From NCBI GenBank assembly GCA_964016885.1, contig OZ024741.1:152520001-152584000 (forward strand): a stretch of 64,000 nucleotides of DNA, given 5' to 3'. This DNA is from Eledone cirrhosa (lineage: Eukaryota). A model generated the notes under the pieces. That model saw nothing but the letters and a program-made list of their open reading frames with translations. It ran no database searches and was not told where the DNA came from. This document shows positions 26,680-39,568 of the stretch, in pieces; the first letter of the stretch is position 1; each line of letters begins with the position of its first letter. Position numbers and translations under genes: made by a program.

Positions 26680-27095
26680 ATATTGATTTCTGATTTAGAT
26701 ACAATGCCAGCAAGTTTTCGAGAAGGGTAGTGTTGATTAAACCAACCCCACTACTTGACTATTACTTCATTTTATTGACTCTAGAAAGATGAAAGGCAAA
26801 GTTGACCGCAGTGGTATTTGAATCCAGAGTGGGAAAAGTCAGAACTAAAGCCGCAATGATATTTTTTCGACGCTCTACCAATTCTTCCAATCCACCAACC
26901 TTGTGAAAAAGATATTGATAATGATTTCTAGTATAGGCACAAGTCCAGTAATTTGGGGGGAGCGGAAAGTTGATTAAATCGACCCCAGTGCGTTACTGGT
27001 GCTTTATTTCATCGACCCCGTAAGGATGAAAGGCAAATTTAATCTCGGCAGGATTTGAACTCATACTGTAAATGGCCGTAACTCTATGCTGCAAG
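26680..27095 (-). mobile_element. Two SINE family A copies (one old, one young)
   Basis: gatgaaaggcaaagttgac and atcgaccccgtaaggatgaaaggc cores. Confidence 0.8.
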
Positions 27096-27423
27096 CTGAT
27101 ATTCTATTCCAATATATGTAAATATATTTTAGAGTTGTACTTCTTTGACAAGTGACTAGCAGTGGAGTTTCAATGGAGTTGCGATGGAATTGTGTCCATG
27201 ACAAGGTCGCAAACTCTACAATGAAAATTTGGACAACAAATAAATTTAAATGTAACGTGATATTAAAAGTTTTTGTATGCTTTTTGAATGGTGTAAATGA
27301 CTCTTCCACGATTTAATTAGTGAATATAGTTTGGCTACTTAATATTTTAGTCATTAAGAATACATTTATCTAAATAACTGTCAAATTATTAGGCGGTTGG
27401 CGCTTACTCCATGTGTATGTATT

Positions 27424-27611
27424 AATAACTGTTTCTACTTTAGGCACAAAGCCAGCAATTACCAAGTGCATTACTGGTACTTTATTTTATCGACCCCGTA
27501 AGGATGAAAGGCAAAGTCAACCTCGGCGGGATTTGAACTCAGATCGTAAAGGGACGTAACTATGCTGGAAAGCATGGCATCCGACCCTCTACCGATACTG
27601 CCAATCCACCG
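27424..27611 (-). mobile_element. SINE family A, near full-length
   Basis: A/B boxes and core present. Confidence 0.9.
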
Positions 27612-27677
27612 TATTAATAATGTGTTTACTAAACCTACAGTCACACACACAGACACTCATACATATATGTGTGCGTG

Positions 27678-27714
<37 letters not shown>

Positions 27715-27754
27715 ATGTATATACATATATGTGTGTGTGAGTGTGTGTGTGTGT

Positions 27755-27839
<85 letters not shown>

Positions 27840-28239
27840 TGTGTGTGAGAGAGAGAGAGATGTGTATGTGTGAGCATGAGTGTACGTGTGTATGTGTATG
27901 TGTATGTATATATATACACCCGTATGTGTTATCTATACATAATGTATAATTGTAATTTTGTTACAAAGTAATCAGCAATTTTCGTGACTGATTTTTAGGG
28001 TTTTCTCGTCATTTTATAACTATAAAGACGGTGGAGACGCTGAGGATATAGGGGCGAAGACGTGGGGGATGATGACGATGATGATGACAATGGTGGTGGT
28101 GGTGGTCATGATAATGAGGAGGAAGAGGAGGGGGAAGAGGAGATTAATGACGATAAAGATGACGGACGTGGTAATTAAAATAAAATATATGCCAATTCTT
28201 GAGAGCCACGTGTACACAGTATGTTCCATATGTTTGTGT

Positions 28240-28935
28240 TTAGGTGACCTGTTGAGGAGGTATTGACCACTGAGGAGGTATTGACCACTGAGGAGGTATT
28301 GACCACTGAGGAGGTATTGACCACTGAGGAGGTAATGACCACTGAGGAGGTAATGACCACTGAGGAGGTATTGACCACTGAGGAGGTATTGACCACTGAG
28401 GAGGTATTGACCACTGAGGAGGTAATGACCACTGAGGAGGTAATGACCACTGAGGAGGTAATGACCACTGAGGAGGTATTGACCACTGAGGAGGTATTGA
28501 CCACTGAGGAGGTAATGACCACTGAGGAGGTAATGACCACTGAGGAGGTAATGACCACTGAGGAGGTATTGACCACTGAGGAGGTAATGACCACTGAGGA
28601 GGTAATGACCACTGAGGAGGTAATGACCACTGAGGAGGTAATGACCACTGAGGAGGTAATGACCACTGAGGAGGTATTGACCACTGAGGAGGTATTGACC
28701 ACTGAGGAGGTAATGACCACTGAGGAGGTATTGACCACTGAGGAGGTAATGACCACTGAGGAGGTATTGACCACTGAGGAGGTATTGACCACTGAGGAGG
28801 TATTGACCACTGAGGAGGTATTGACCACTGAGGAGGTAATGACCACTGAGGAGGTAATGACCACTGAGGAGGTATTGACCACTGAGTCATTGAGTTTTTA
28901 ACGATTACTTCTGCTTTCAAATTGTGTCGAGCCAT
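28240..28935 (-). CDS. Possible repeat-protein ORF, (PPQWS[I/L])x~35
   Basis: ATG start, 17-aa unique leader, and an upstream splice-acceptor-like sequence ctaatcattgtctcctcctag at 28972. No recognised homology, so it may be a by-product of the repeat. Confidence 0.25.
   Translation of the reverse strand: MARHNLKAEVIVKNSMTQWSIPPQWSLPPQWSLPPQWSIPPQWSIPPQWSIPPQWSIPPQWSLPPQWSIPPQWSLPPQWSIPPQWSIPPQWSLPPQWSLPPQWSLPPQWSLPPQWSLPPQWSIPPQWSLPPQWSLPPQWSLPPQWSIPPQWSIPPQWSLPPQWSLPPQWSLPPQWSIPPQWSIPPQWSIPPQWSLPPQWSLPPQWSIPPQWSIPPQWSIPPQWSIPPQQVT
28253..28886. repeat. 18-bp minisatellite, ~35 units with one biallelic position
   Basis: Unit TGAGGAGGTA(T/A)TGACCAC. No other variation seen. Confidence 0.97.
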
Positions 28936-29081
28936 ACTTCCCGCAGGGTCGAGGCCACACTATTTTTCACCCTAGGAGGAGACAATGATTAGCACCTTCA
29001 CACACACTTACGCACACACACACACGCACACACACACACACACATATACATATATATATATATATACAGCATATACATATA

Positions 29082-29240
29082 CGACAAGCTTTTACAGAAA
29101 TTCCATCGACCAAACTTCATTCGTACAGCGATGGTCAGTCAACTCAAGGCTATAGTATAGTACACTTACCCGAGGTGCCATTCAGTGATACTCAAGCTGA
29201 AACCATATGGTTGCGAGGTGAACCTCTTAACCACACAGCA
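29082..29240 (-). mobile_element. Degenerate tRNA-derived SINE (family B)
   Basis: The minus-strand head reads GCTGTGTGGTTAAGAGG...GGTTTCAG. Homologous to 5065-5190. Confidence 0.65.
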
Positions 29241-29336
29241 ATGTCTGCTCTTATATTACAAAGATGTTGCGTTGTTGCTCATGAGCTATTAGTTGTCCTA
29301 TATGTGTGTGTACACACACATACATAGATACACACA

Positions 29337-29448
<112 letters not shown>

Positions 29449-29483
29449 TATATATATATAAAATAATGGGTGTTAAGACGGGA

Positions 29484-29678
29484 TTAAATCACCATAATTA
29501 TATATATTTCTGTTACATGGTTATTCATGTGACTTCGTCAGATGCTTACGCGTGGCCACCGGCATATCACAATGATTGCATAACTGCACCAGTGATTGCG
29601 TAAGAATCTGACGAAGTCACACGAATAACCATGTAACAGAAATATATATAATGCAATGAACAATTATGGTGATTTAAA
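29484..29678. mobile_element. Small fold-back with a hammerhead in each arm
   Basis: 29484-29551 is inverted at 29598-29678. Plus motif (29604-29654) AU CUGACGA A GUCACACG-AAUAAC-CAUGUAAC A GAAA UAUAUA UA AUGC. Minus motif at 29496-29545 begins GCAU CUGACGA. Confidence 0.8.
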
Positions 29679-30763
29679 ACAATTATTTGATAAATGAATA
29701 CTCCGTCACTCATTATAACCTACCTAGCATAAACTACTGACGTGTAGTGCTTTGGGCGCTCGGACCTGCTTATCATCAGGAAGTTACTATGTAACAATTA
29801 AGATAAACAATACTCTTGTACAATATATAATATACGCTCTAATACCTGTTCTATTTTTCTCTCTCCCTCACTTATTGACTTGTACACGTTTGAAATTGAT
29901 TGGTTTTAAGTATGTGGTTGGTCGAACTGTCCCGAATTCGAATTCTAACAAGCGCGCTAATTATATATCGCTGTCTAATTGTCTGTTGGCATTTAATGTC
30001 CGGAAAGGTTTTAGGCACTACCACTGTTTACTATCGCACCGTATCGCCATGGTACTTAGAGAGCTAGAGCCGAATGCTACCATTCTATTTTACAGCGATT
30101 CGAAACAGTTTTTCTCTAATAACCGATTTTTTCACTTACTTGTTAATTTGTGTTTGACTTGAAATATCTTGGTTGAGTTCTTATGGGAGGATTGAAGCAT
30201 ATGATCTCGACTCCTAGCCATCACATAAATTTCTGAACCAGTTGACGGTTTAACTTACCACCGTGTCATTCACTTATTTGGTACAGAGCGAAATACCTGT
30301 TGATAACGTGATATTCCTTGTTCGATCGTTATACACAAAGCTTATATTTTTAAGCAGTCTGTATTTTGATTTAGGTGTCACAGAAACTCTACATCGGATT
30401 TTAACAGCAATTCCGGGAGTCCAGGTCTGGTTATCACTTATTTTTTATCATTTATTTTGTTTTGACCTGTTTAGCTTGATTTGGTTTTTGACTTGGGTGG
30501 TTAATGCTTTCTTGACCACCTTTTCAGTTTTGTATGGCTTCTTAACACATTGTTTAGCTCTGGTTTTTAACTATTGAGCACTTTGCCAGTATCATTTCTG
30601 ATTTTTGCGTTTCGCTTCGCTTTTCCTGCCCGCCGAAAATGCGATTCTCGCTGAATCTTTATTTGTATTTATATATATATATAACAAAGGAAATGTGGTA
30701 AGGAAATGCGTCCAGAAATAGCCGTCGAACGGCTTGAGCTCTGCCGTCGGGGTCATACTTTTT

Positions 30764-30820
<57 letters not shown>

Positions 30821-30823
30821 TTA

Positions 30824-30857
<34 letters not shown>

Positions 30858-31170
30858 TATAGAGGTAGGTATATGCATATGTATATATAAATACATATAT
30901 ACATATTTGCATAACTACATATAGGTCTGTGCCAGTGTGTGAGTGAATGTATGTGAATGTATGTGTTGGTGTATATGTGTGTGTGCGTGTGACAGAAGTA
31001 ACATATTGACACATACTTATCAAGACATAGTTGAAATGTAAACTGTGATATATAAATAGGTTAAGGACAACTGAGAATGAGGGGCCCTAGGTGTGTTGGA
31101 TGGGGTAGTCAATATACGTATGTATGTATGCATGTATGTACGTACGTACGTATGTATGTATGTATATATG

Positions 31171-31777
31171 TCAGGTCACCAGTTGGTGCTACTGGTAACA
31201 TGTATCCTAGTACAACCTGTCTCATGGTCGGGTCGTTGGCGACTAAACTGGCAACCCCACCAAGGTTTCCTGGTAAGGAGGGTGACTTTGGACATCCTGA
31301 AGGACTAAAAACAAAATCTGTCAAAGGGAAAAGGAGTTCTTAAGAGTCAATGGCCATCCAAAATCACCGGGAGAGATGTCCCCTTAGCCTTTGTCAAGGC
31401 AGAATTCTAGGAGAAGGAAAACTCTGATATAACACCTGCAACCCTGACGGTATCCAATGATGTTGACTTGTTCTTCTTTTTGGTAAATATCATCTTGGTT
31501 AAGAGAGTGGGACTGGCTTTGTGCAGTGCCTTTGCTCACTATAAAAGCTTCACGGCACAGGCATTGCTTTATATCTGGAGATCTCTCTGCACTTGTCGTC
31601 ACATGGTACCATGGGCCCAGCACTATGTGTCAATAATTGTCACAAGTGTAGTGTTTGTGCTTGAGTTTTCAAGGCGGTGGCTGGACTAAAAAGTCACACT
31701 CGTTCAGCGCATCGGTAGGGCTTCTCCTATATGTATATAAAGTAGTGGCCGTACTCGAAAACGAGTTGGCAGCCACC
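31171..31777 (+). mobile_element. Bipartite RTE-derived element, second copy
   Basis: Highly similar to 18986-19592 end to end, with (TATG)n on both sides. Confidence 0.82.
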
Positions 31778-31880
31778 ATGTATGTATGTATGTATGTATG
31801 TATGTATGTATGTATGTATGTATGTATGTATGTATGTATGTATGTATATGAATGAGTGTATGTGTACCATTATTATTATT

Positions 31881-32820
31881 AGACAGGAGCAAAACTGAAC
31901 CCGGACAAGTGGGTGGGTTTGCAGCTCGGCACCTGAACAGGCAAATCCATGCTGTTCAACTGCGTTGTCGAACGCTGGATGGACGGACCGGTGAGGTTGT
32001 TCGGCTTATGGTTCGGACCAGACCTCCAAGATGATAAGACCTGGGATGAGGTAACGAGCAAGCTAGTCACACTCGCCCAGAAATGGACGAAGAGGTAGCT
32101 ATCCCTGAAAGATCAGGCAGAGGTGGCGAACGCATACACCGCGTCCGTCATCTACTACCGCCTGACCGTCGTGCCTTGCCCTCGTTCGCACCTCACCAAA
32201 TTGGAGCACCTACTCTTCAACTCTCTTGTGGAAATGACAGGTGCCATTGGTGAGGCGGTCCATCTGCTGCCAGCACCCTCAACGCAGAGGGCTGGGCAGG
32301 AAGCGGCTGATGATGCGCACACAAACGCCGAAGCTACGATATCTTCAGTTATTCGTAAACGGTGGACAGGGTGGGCGTCGTTTGTGAGATAGGCTTTTCC
32401 GCAGCTCATCTCTTTGACTGAGCATCAGTCCTGGGTCAAGAAGCGACCAAGACTGGATGTCTGGTATCTGGAATGTTGTCAGGCACCCACTGTCCTCTAC
32501 CAGGCGGGTAATGCAGTCAGTGGATCTTCCACTCTCGAGTTCTATAGAGGGTTAGAGGTGAGCAAGTGCGGTGATGCACTCGGAAAAGCTCTGGGCGTCT
32601 ATCAAGTCGAACTGACCAGTCTGTTCCGGAGGACCTTCGAGCCGGAGACGATGAATAACTTCAGAAATCCCCCCCCCCAACTATTGGGGAATTTTCATTG
32701 TTTTATATTTCTTGTTTATTGTTATAGTTTTTATAGTTTTACTCGATGTGTTTGTAAGCCCCATTGCCCCCGTCTTTTTGTATTGTTCCCTATATGTAAG
32801 TCCTTGTGGCCAATAAAGAA
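31881..32820 (+). mobile_element. Degenerate 5'-truncated Tx1-type LINE
   Basis: Homologous to ORF2 41720-42490 (WTDGPV, ANAY.ASVI.YRLTVVPCP). 3' UTR ends ccttgtggccaataaagaa followed by (TTA)n. Confidence 0.9.
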
Positions 32821-32860
32821 ATTATTATTACTATTATTATTATTATTATTATTATTATTG

Positions 32861-33270
32861 CTCTTTGAGTGTCAGTCATTGATGTTATTTAACTGGAAAG
32901 TTTATTGAAATGAATATCAAGCCGCTACCTGCAGCCTCAGATATTCAGGATGTATCGGAGGGTTCTTGCTGTTCCCAGCAAGCATGACTTTTAAAGTGTT
33001 CTAAAAAGCGGGGCTGGACTAATCTTCTTTAACCATCCTTGGAAATTCTTTGAGATAGTCCCTAGTGCGCCTATGACAATCGGGACGACCTTGATTTCAT
33101 GGCAGTTCCAAATCCTTTTTACTTCCCACTTTAAGTCCTGGTATCGGTTAATTTTCTCCCTCTCCTTTTCTTGCACTCTCGTGTCAATTGGCAGAATACA
33201 TCTACAATCAGGCACGATCTTTTTTCCTTGTCCAAAACCACCAGGTCAGGCCTATTGTGTTCTAATTTCT
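32861..33270 (-). mobile_element. 3' fragment of an RLE-type (R4/Dong-like) LINE, family 2
   Basis: EKINRYQDLKWEVKRIWNCHEIKVVPIVIGALG. Bounded by (TAA)n. Confidence 0.75.
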
Positions 33271-33297
33271 TTATTATTATTATTATTATTATTATTA

Positions 33298-34410
33298 CAG
33301 TTGCATTTATCTTGCTTTATGTTCATACGAGTTATCACCAAGTCACAACCAGTGACCTCAAGAGACAACAAGGTCCGCCATGTTCAAGGAAGAACATACA
33401 TATTCACACATGCATCCTTAGTGTTTAGACTTGTGATGTACTTATATTGACAGGATCTTCCTTAGTATATGGGCAGTTCCCATTAGTACTATCTTTTGTA
33501 TTTCTCCTATACGCGGGTTTCCTGGGATCTGCGATAAGTAATCATTAGACCCCTTAGGTATCATTCCCAGAGCGCCTACAACCACTGGTATTGTTTTAGT
33601 TCTCAATTTCTACATTTTTCCAATTTCTATCTCCAGGTCCTTATACTTGCTCAATTTTTCAAATGTTTTTATAGATACATTCTTGTCTATTGGAACAGAC
33701 ATATCAATTAGCAGGCATACCCTCTTTTTAAAGTCCTTCAATATTATATCAGGTCTATTTGCATCTATTTTTCGGTCTGTTTGGATGCTAAAGTTCCACA
33801 AGATTGAGATGTGATCTTTTTCAAGTATGGGAGGTGGTTGATGCTCCCACCAATTCTTTTGATGGGGCAGGTCAAAATGCTTACACATTATCCAATGCAT
33901 GTATTGTGCAGCTCTGTCATGCCTGTTTAGGTATTCGGTTGGAGCTATAGGACTGCACATTGAAATTATATGGTCAATGGTCTCTGGTTGTTTTTTGCAT
34001 ACACGGCATAATGGGCTGCATCCATTTTTTATTATGTTGGCTTGGTAATTTTTTGTTGGCAGACACTGATCTTGTGCTGATATAATCAGTCCTTCAGTCT
34101 CCGATTTCAGTCCAGAGGATGCCAACCACTGATGGGTTAAAGTTTTGTCAACATCAGGATTGTTAGCTCGCTCTGGGTATTTTCCATACAGAGGCTTTTC
34201 TTGCCATTTCTTAGCCAGTTTCTGTAGCAGTTCTTTCTTTGCAGTTACTTTTACCTGTTTGCTTTTTCTGTGTTTTCCATTTCAGCAGTAAATGGGACTT
34301 CTGAAATTTGTAGTCCATTACTGTATCTTTGTGCATCTTTTGTAATGGAATATGATCTTTTGGTGCTTTCGTGTTTCAAAACGAGTTTGATCATCCAATC
34401 ATGTGATTCC

Positions 34411-34411
<1 letters not shown>
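33298..34411 (-). mobile_element. R4/Dong-like LINE 3' fragment, copy 1 (premature stop, 3' UTR deletion)
   Basis: ETEGLIISAQDQ, CRVC....ETIDHIISMC, RHD and RPD RLE motifs. Confidence 0.9.
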
Positions 34412-34460
<49 letters not shown>

Positions 34461-34461
<1 letters not shown>

Positions 34462-35883
34462 AGTTGCATTTATCTTGCTTTATGTTCATACGAGTTATCA
34501 CCAAGTCACAACCAGTGACCTCAAGAGACAACAAGGTCCGACATGTTCAAGAAAGAACATACTGTAGTGTTTTGGAACAGTTTAAAATCCACTCAGCGAG
34601 ACAACAACCGTTTAGCAACTTCACAAGGAAGAAGACCTTTATTACAACAAAACACCAATTTATACAGGTGTTAAAATGGGTATGACTCATGCAGTGATGA
34701 TTGGTTGAGTACAAAAACAGACAAAACGTGAGTCAGATAATGCTTAACGTTAAGTCAAGGGAATGTATGAAAAATGATTAGTCATGCACACGTGATACAA
34801 ACAGGTGTAGAGGGAAAGTAGAATAATGTATAAAATGTTGAATCAGAACGAAGAACAGTCACAACACATACATACATACACATGCATCTTTAGGTGTTTA
34901 GACTTGTGATATACTTATATTGACAGAATCTTCCTTAGTATATGGGCAGTTCCCATTAGTACTATCTTTTGTATTTCTCCTATACGCGGGTTTCCTGGGA
35001 TTTGCGATAAGTAATCATTAGACCTCTTAGGTATCATTCCTAGAGCGCCTACAACCACTGGTATTGTTTTAGTTCTCAATTTCCACATTTTTCCAATTTC
35101 TATCTCCAGGTCCTTATACTTGCTCAATTTTTCAAATGTTTTTATAGATACATTCTTGTCTATTGGAACGGACATATCAATTAGCAGGCATACCCTCTTT
35201 TTAAAGTCCTTCAGTATTATATCAGGTCTATTTGCATCTATTTTTCGGTCTGTTTGGATGCTAAAGTTCCACAAGATTGAGATGTGATCTTTTTCAAGTA
35301 TGGGAGGTGGTTGATGCTCCCACCAATTCTTTTGATGGGGCAGGTCAAAATGCTTACACATTATCCAATGCATGTATTGTGCAGCTCTGTCATGCCTGTT
35401 TAGGTATTCGGTTGGAGCTATAGGACTGCACATTGAAATTATATGGTCAATGGTCTCTGGTTGTTTTTTGCATACACGGCATAATGGGCTGCATCCATTT
35501 TTTATTATGTTGGCTTGGTAATTTTTTGTTGGCAGACACTGATCTTGTGCTGATATAATCAGTCCTTCAGTCTCCGATTTCAGTCCAGAGGATGCCAACC
35601 ACTGATGGGTTAAAGTTTTGTCAACATCAGGATTGTTAGCTCGCTCTGGGTATTTTCCATACAGAGGCTTTTCTTGCCATTTCTTAGCCAGTTTCTGTAG
35701 CAGTTCTTTCTTTGCAGTTACTTTTACCTGTTTGCTTTTTCTGTGTTTTCCATTTCAGCAGTAAATGGGACTTCTGAAATTTGTAGTCCATTACTGTATC
35801 TTTGTGCATCTTTTGTAATGGAATATGATCTTTTGGTGCTTTCGTGTTTCAAAACGAGTTTGATCATCCAATCATGTGATTCC

Positions 35884-35884
<1 letters not shown>
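34461..35884 (-). mobile_element. R4/Dong-like LINE 3' fragment, copy 2
   Basis: Intact CCHC + RLE C-terminus (34915-35598), ~450-bp 3' UTR and (TAA)n tail. Confidence 0.92.
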
Positions 35885-35915
<31 letters not shown>

Positions 35916-35916
<1 letters not shown>

Positions 35917-37206
35917 AGTTGCATTTATCTTGCTTTATGTTCATACGAGTTATCACCAAGTCACAACCAGTGACCTCAAGAGACAACAAGGTCCGACATG
36001 TTCAAGAAAGAACATACTGTAGTGTTTTGGAACAGTTTAAAATCCACTCAGCGAGACAACAACCGTTTAGCAACTTCACAAGGAAGAAGACCTTTATTAC
36101 AACAAAACACCAATTTATACAGGTGTTAAAATGGGTATGACTCATGCAGTGATGATTGGTTGAGTACAAAAACAGACAAAACGTGAGTCAGATAATGCTT
36201 AACGTTAAGTCAAGGGAATGTATGAAAAATGATTAGTCATGCACACGTGATACAAACAGGTGTAGAGGGAAAGTAGAATAATGTATAAAATGTTGAATCA
36301 GAACGAAGAACAGTCACAACACATACATACATACACATGCATCTTTAGGTGTTTAGACTTGTGATATACTTATATTGACAGAATCTTCCTTAGTATATGG
36401 GCAGTTCCCATTAGTACTATCTTTTGTATTTCTCCTATACGCGGGTTTCCTGGGATTTGCGATAAGTAATCATTAGACCTCTTAGGTATCATTCCTAGAG
36501 CGCCTACAACCACTGGTATTGTTTTAGTTCTCAATTTCCACATTTTTCCAATTTCTATCTCCAGGTCCTTATACTTGCTCAATTTTTCAAATGTTTTTAT
36601 AGATACATTCTTGTCTATTGGAACGGACATATCAATTAGCAGGCATACCCTCTTTTTAAAGTCCTTCAGTATTATATCAGGTCTATTTGCATCTATTTTT
36701 CGGTCTGTTTGGATGCTAAAGTTCCACAAGATTGAGATGTGATCTTTTTCAAGTATGGGAGGTGGTTGATGCTCCCACCAATTCTTTTGATGGGGCAGGT
36801 CAAAATGCTTACACATTATCCAATGCATGTATTGTGCAGCTCTGTCATGCCTGTTTAGGTATTCGGTTGGAGCTATAGGACTGCACATTGAAATTATATG
36901 GTCAATGGTCTCTGGTTGTTTTTTTACATACACGGCATAATGGGCTGCATCCATTTTTTATTATGTTGGCTTGGTCATTTTTTGTTGGCAGACATTGATC
37001 TTGTGCTGATATAATCAGTCCTTCAGTCTCCGATTTCAGTCCAGACGATGCCAACCACTGATGGGTTAAAGTTTTGTCAACATCAGGATTGTTAGCTCGT
37101 TCTGGGTATTTTCCATACAGAGGCTTTTCTTGCCATTTCTTAGCCAGTTTCTGTAGCAGTTCTTTCTTTGCAGTTACTTTTACCTGCTTTGCTTTTTCTG
37201 TGTTTA
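35916..37206 (-). mobile_element. R4/Dong-like LINE 3' fragment, copy 3
   Basis: Near-identical to copy 2 with a poly-T frameshift near 36920. Abuts the Tx1 element. Confidence 0.92.
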
Positions 37207-37436
37207 TTATTATTATTATTATTGAATGCCATGGTTGACGGAGGCTCGGCTCTGTAAGGTATAGTAATTTTTAACCGTTAAAACAATTGTAAATTGTTTA
37301 AAACTTGAACCAAATTGTTGATAAAGACACCCTCCTCCTCGTGAGAGGGGTCTTTCTGTCCGTTATTTGGCCCTTCGGGGTTAAATAACCAGTTATTGGG
37401 GTTTTGTACCCAAAATTTCATTTTAAACAAAAAAAC

Positions 37437-39534
37437 ATGGCTACGAAAAAGAAATTTCATACGTCACTCCCACTCATTCCGTCTTCTTCTTCCTCAATCA
37501 TCACTACAGCAGATAGAAGATTGTCTCTCTCCCTCCCTTCTTTAAATGTGTCTCTCTCCCTCCCTTCTCTTTCGCAAGCGACGAAAGAAAAGAAAAGTCT
37601 CGTGCAAAGCGTGCAAGGTTTCTCCACGACGACGACGACAGCGACGAAACAGGTGTGCGGGAAATACGAAAACCCAGTTCATTCGTCTGACGTCAGGAAT
37701 AATAGCAGTAGCAGCCGTAATAACAACAGCAACAGTGACAATGAAAACAACAGTAGCAGCCGCAACAGCATCACCAGCAGCATAAACAACAACAGCATTA
37801 GCAGCAGCAACACCAACAACAACCACAGCAACAGCGGCGGAGGCAGTAGTCGTAGTACCTGCAGCAACAACAAAAGTACCAGCAGCTCTGACGACAACAA
37901 CAACAGCAGAGAAAAACCAATCTCATTTGCAGGTATTGCGAAAAACTTGGAAACAATCCTCATAACAAATGAGGAATTAGAGGAAGCGAAGAAGATGGTG
38001 ACAAAGAACGGACACCGAGCAATCTGCAAGGCAGCGAAAAATTTTTTCGAAACCCAAGAGCACTGTACGGTCACGTACCGTACAGTAAGTACAAAATCCC
38101 GTAGGGTGGAAAGAGCCACAGAGGCCCAAATACAAAAAGCCTTGGGGTCTGTGTGGCAGAGGAAAACGCACATCACCCGAGGCAAAAAAATACGCCACCG
38201 TAGACGTACTTTTTGCCACACCCCAGGAGGCAAAGGCCCAATCAGTAGTGACCCTAAGGAGCGAGGAAATGGTGTTGGTGCCCTCCTACTGCGGGCAAAA
38301 AATTGTGAGGGTCAAACTGACCCACGTCCCCCCCGGAATGACCCCTTCTTGGCTGGCCGCGTCTGTCCTCGTCGGAATCGAGGACAAAACAACTGTACTG
38401 CAAGTACAGAAAAAAGTAAGAGAAGATTGGGTCGGCTCCTCCATTGAGATGCTAATCCAAACCAACCAGGAGTGCATCGAAGCTATCCCGGATGTGATAG
38501 ACTTCGATAACGGCACTCAACTGCCCATAAGTGTTGAGGGCAAACGCCCGAAATGCTTTCGCTGTGGATCGAAGACTCACCTCAGGGCCTTCTGCAACGA
38601 GAAGACCATGAGAAAGGAGAAAACCCCCCTCCTTCCGAATCCGGCTCCACGGCTACCAGCAACAGGACAAGCGGCAACCAGGAACGATAGGTCCGTGGCA
38701 CCCATACCCACTCCACGGAAATCAAAGACAGCAGCAGCAGTGGAAATATTAACAACAACAACAGCAATACCAAATGCAGCTGCAACAGAGACTCCAGTGC
38801 AAACATCACCAACAACAACAAGTGAAAGAGTGGAGCTGGTACCCCTCCCCGACCTTACAGAATCAGACATGGAGTGTGAGGTGGGAGAGAGATGGCAAAA
38901 GGTCGCAAGAAGGCACAAACGCAGAAGCAGCGCATCGTCGCCTTTGAAAAGGGAGGAAAGAAATGAGAAAAGGGTAAAGTCTACTGCAAAGAGACCCACA
39001 GCAGCAACACCACCAACACCATCACCACCCACACCAGCACCACCATCACCACCGGCGACAACCCCACCGCCAACAACACCTTCAACACCACCACCACAAG
39101 CACCAACATCGCAAACACAACAACAAAACACACACACCCAGCAACAACGACAAGAAAATAGCAGAACCACACCCCACCCCCAGAAAAACAAATGCACGGC
39201 AATAAACACACACAACAAGAAACTAATGACTTACATAATTGAACACACAGACATTTCACAACAGGACTACATAATACCAGCACCAATCAAAACGCCAACT
39301 AACATAAGACTGCTAAAAATAGCACAGAAACAATACACAAACATTAAAACGAAATTCCCCAACGCAGTTGGTGATTTCAGGGACCTAGGAGGAACCATCA
39401 ATCGAAGAGTATATTCAGACATTCTCTTAGAAGAGCCGACGACCAGCCGAAGGGACGATTCAACGGTCCCTTCACCAGACGATCAAGTGAAAAGGGATGT
39501 AAAAACCATCCCTCCTCTACCAAAAGTACGGTAA
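37437..39534 (+). CDS. LINE ORF1 (gag-like, zinc knuckle), split by a 1-nt frameshift
   Basis: CFRCGSKTHLRAFC knuckle. Removing one A from the A7 run at 38184-38190 joins the 37404 and 38248 ORFs into ~698 aa (GKKYATVDVLF...). Confidence 0.8.
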
Positions 39535-39568
39535 GTGGTCTTTCCCATCTTTTCCACTCTATTTAAAC

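Noticed and set aside
27132-27316. Plus-strand FN3-like exon (VTSSGVSMELRWNC...)
   Set aside because: Stops occur in all frames just after the putative acceptor, and the similarity is too weak to support.
28253-28886. CRISPR-like regular repeat
   Set aside because: No unique spacers, no cas genes and a eukaryotic context. It is a head-to-tail minisatellite.
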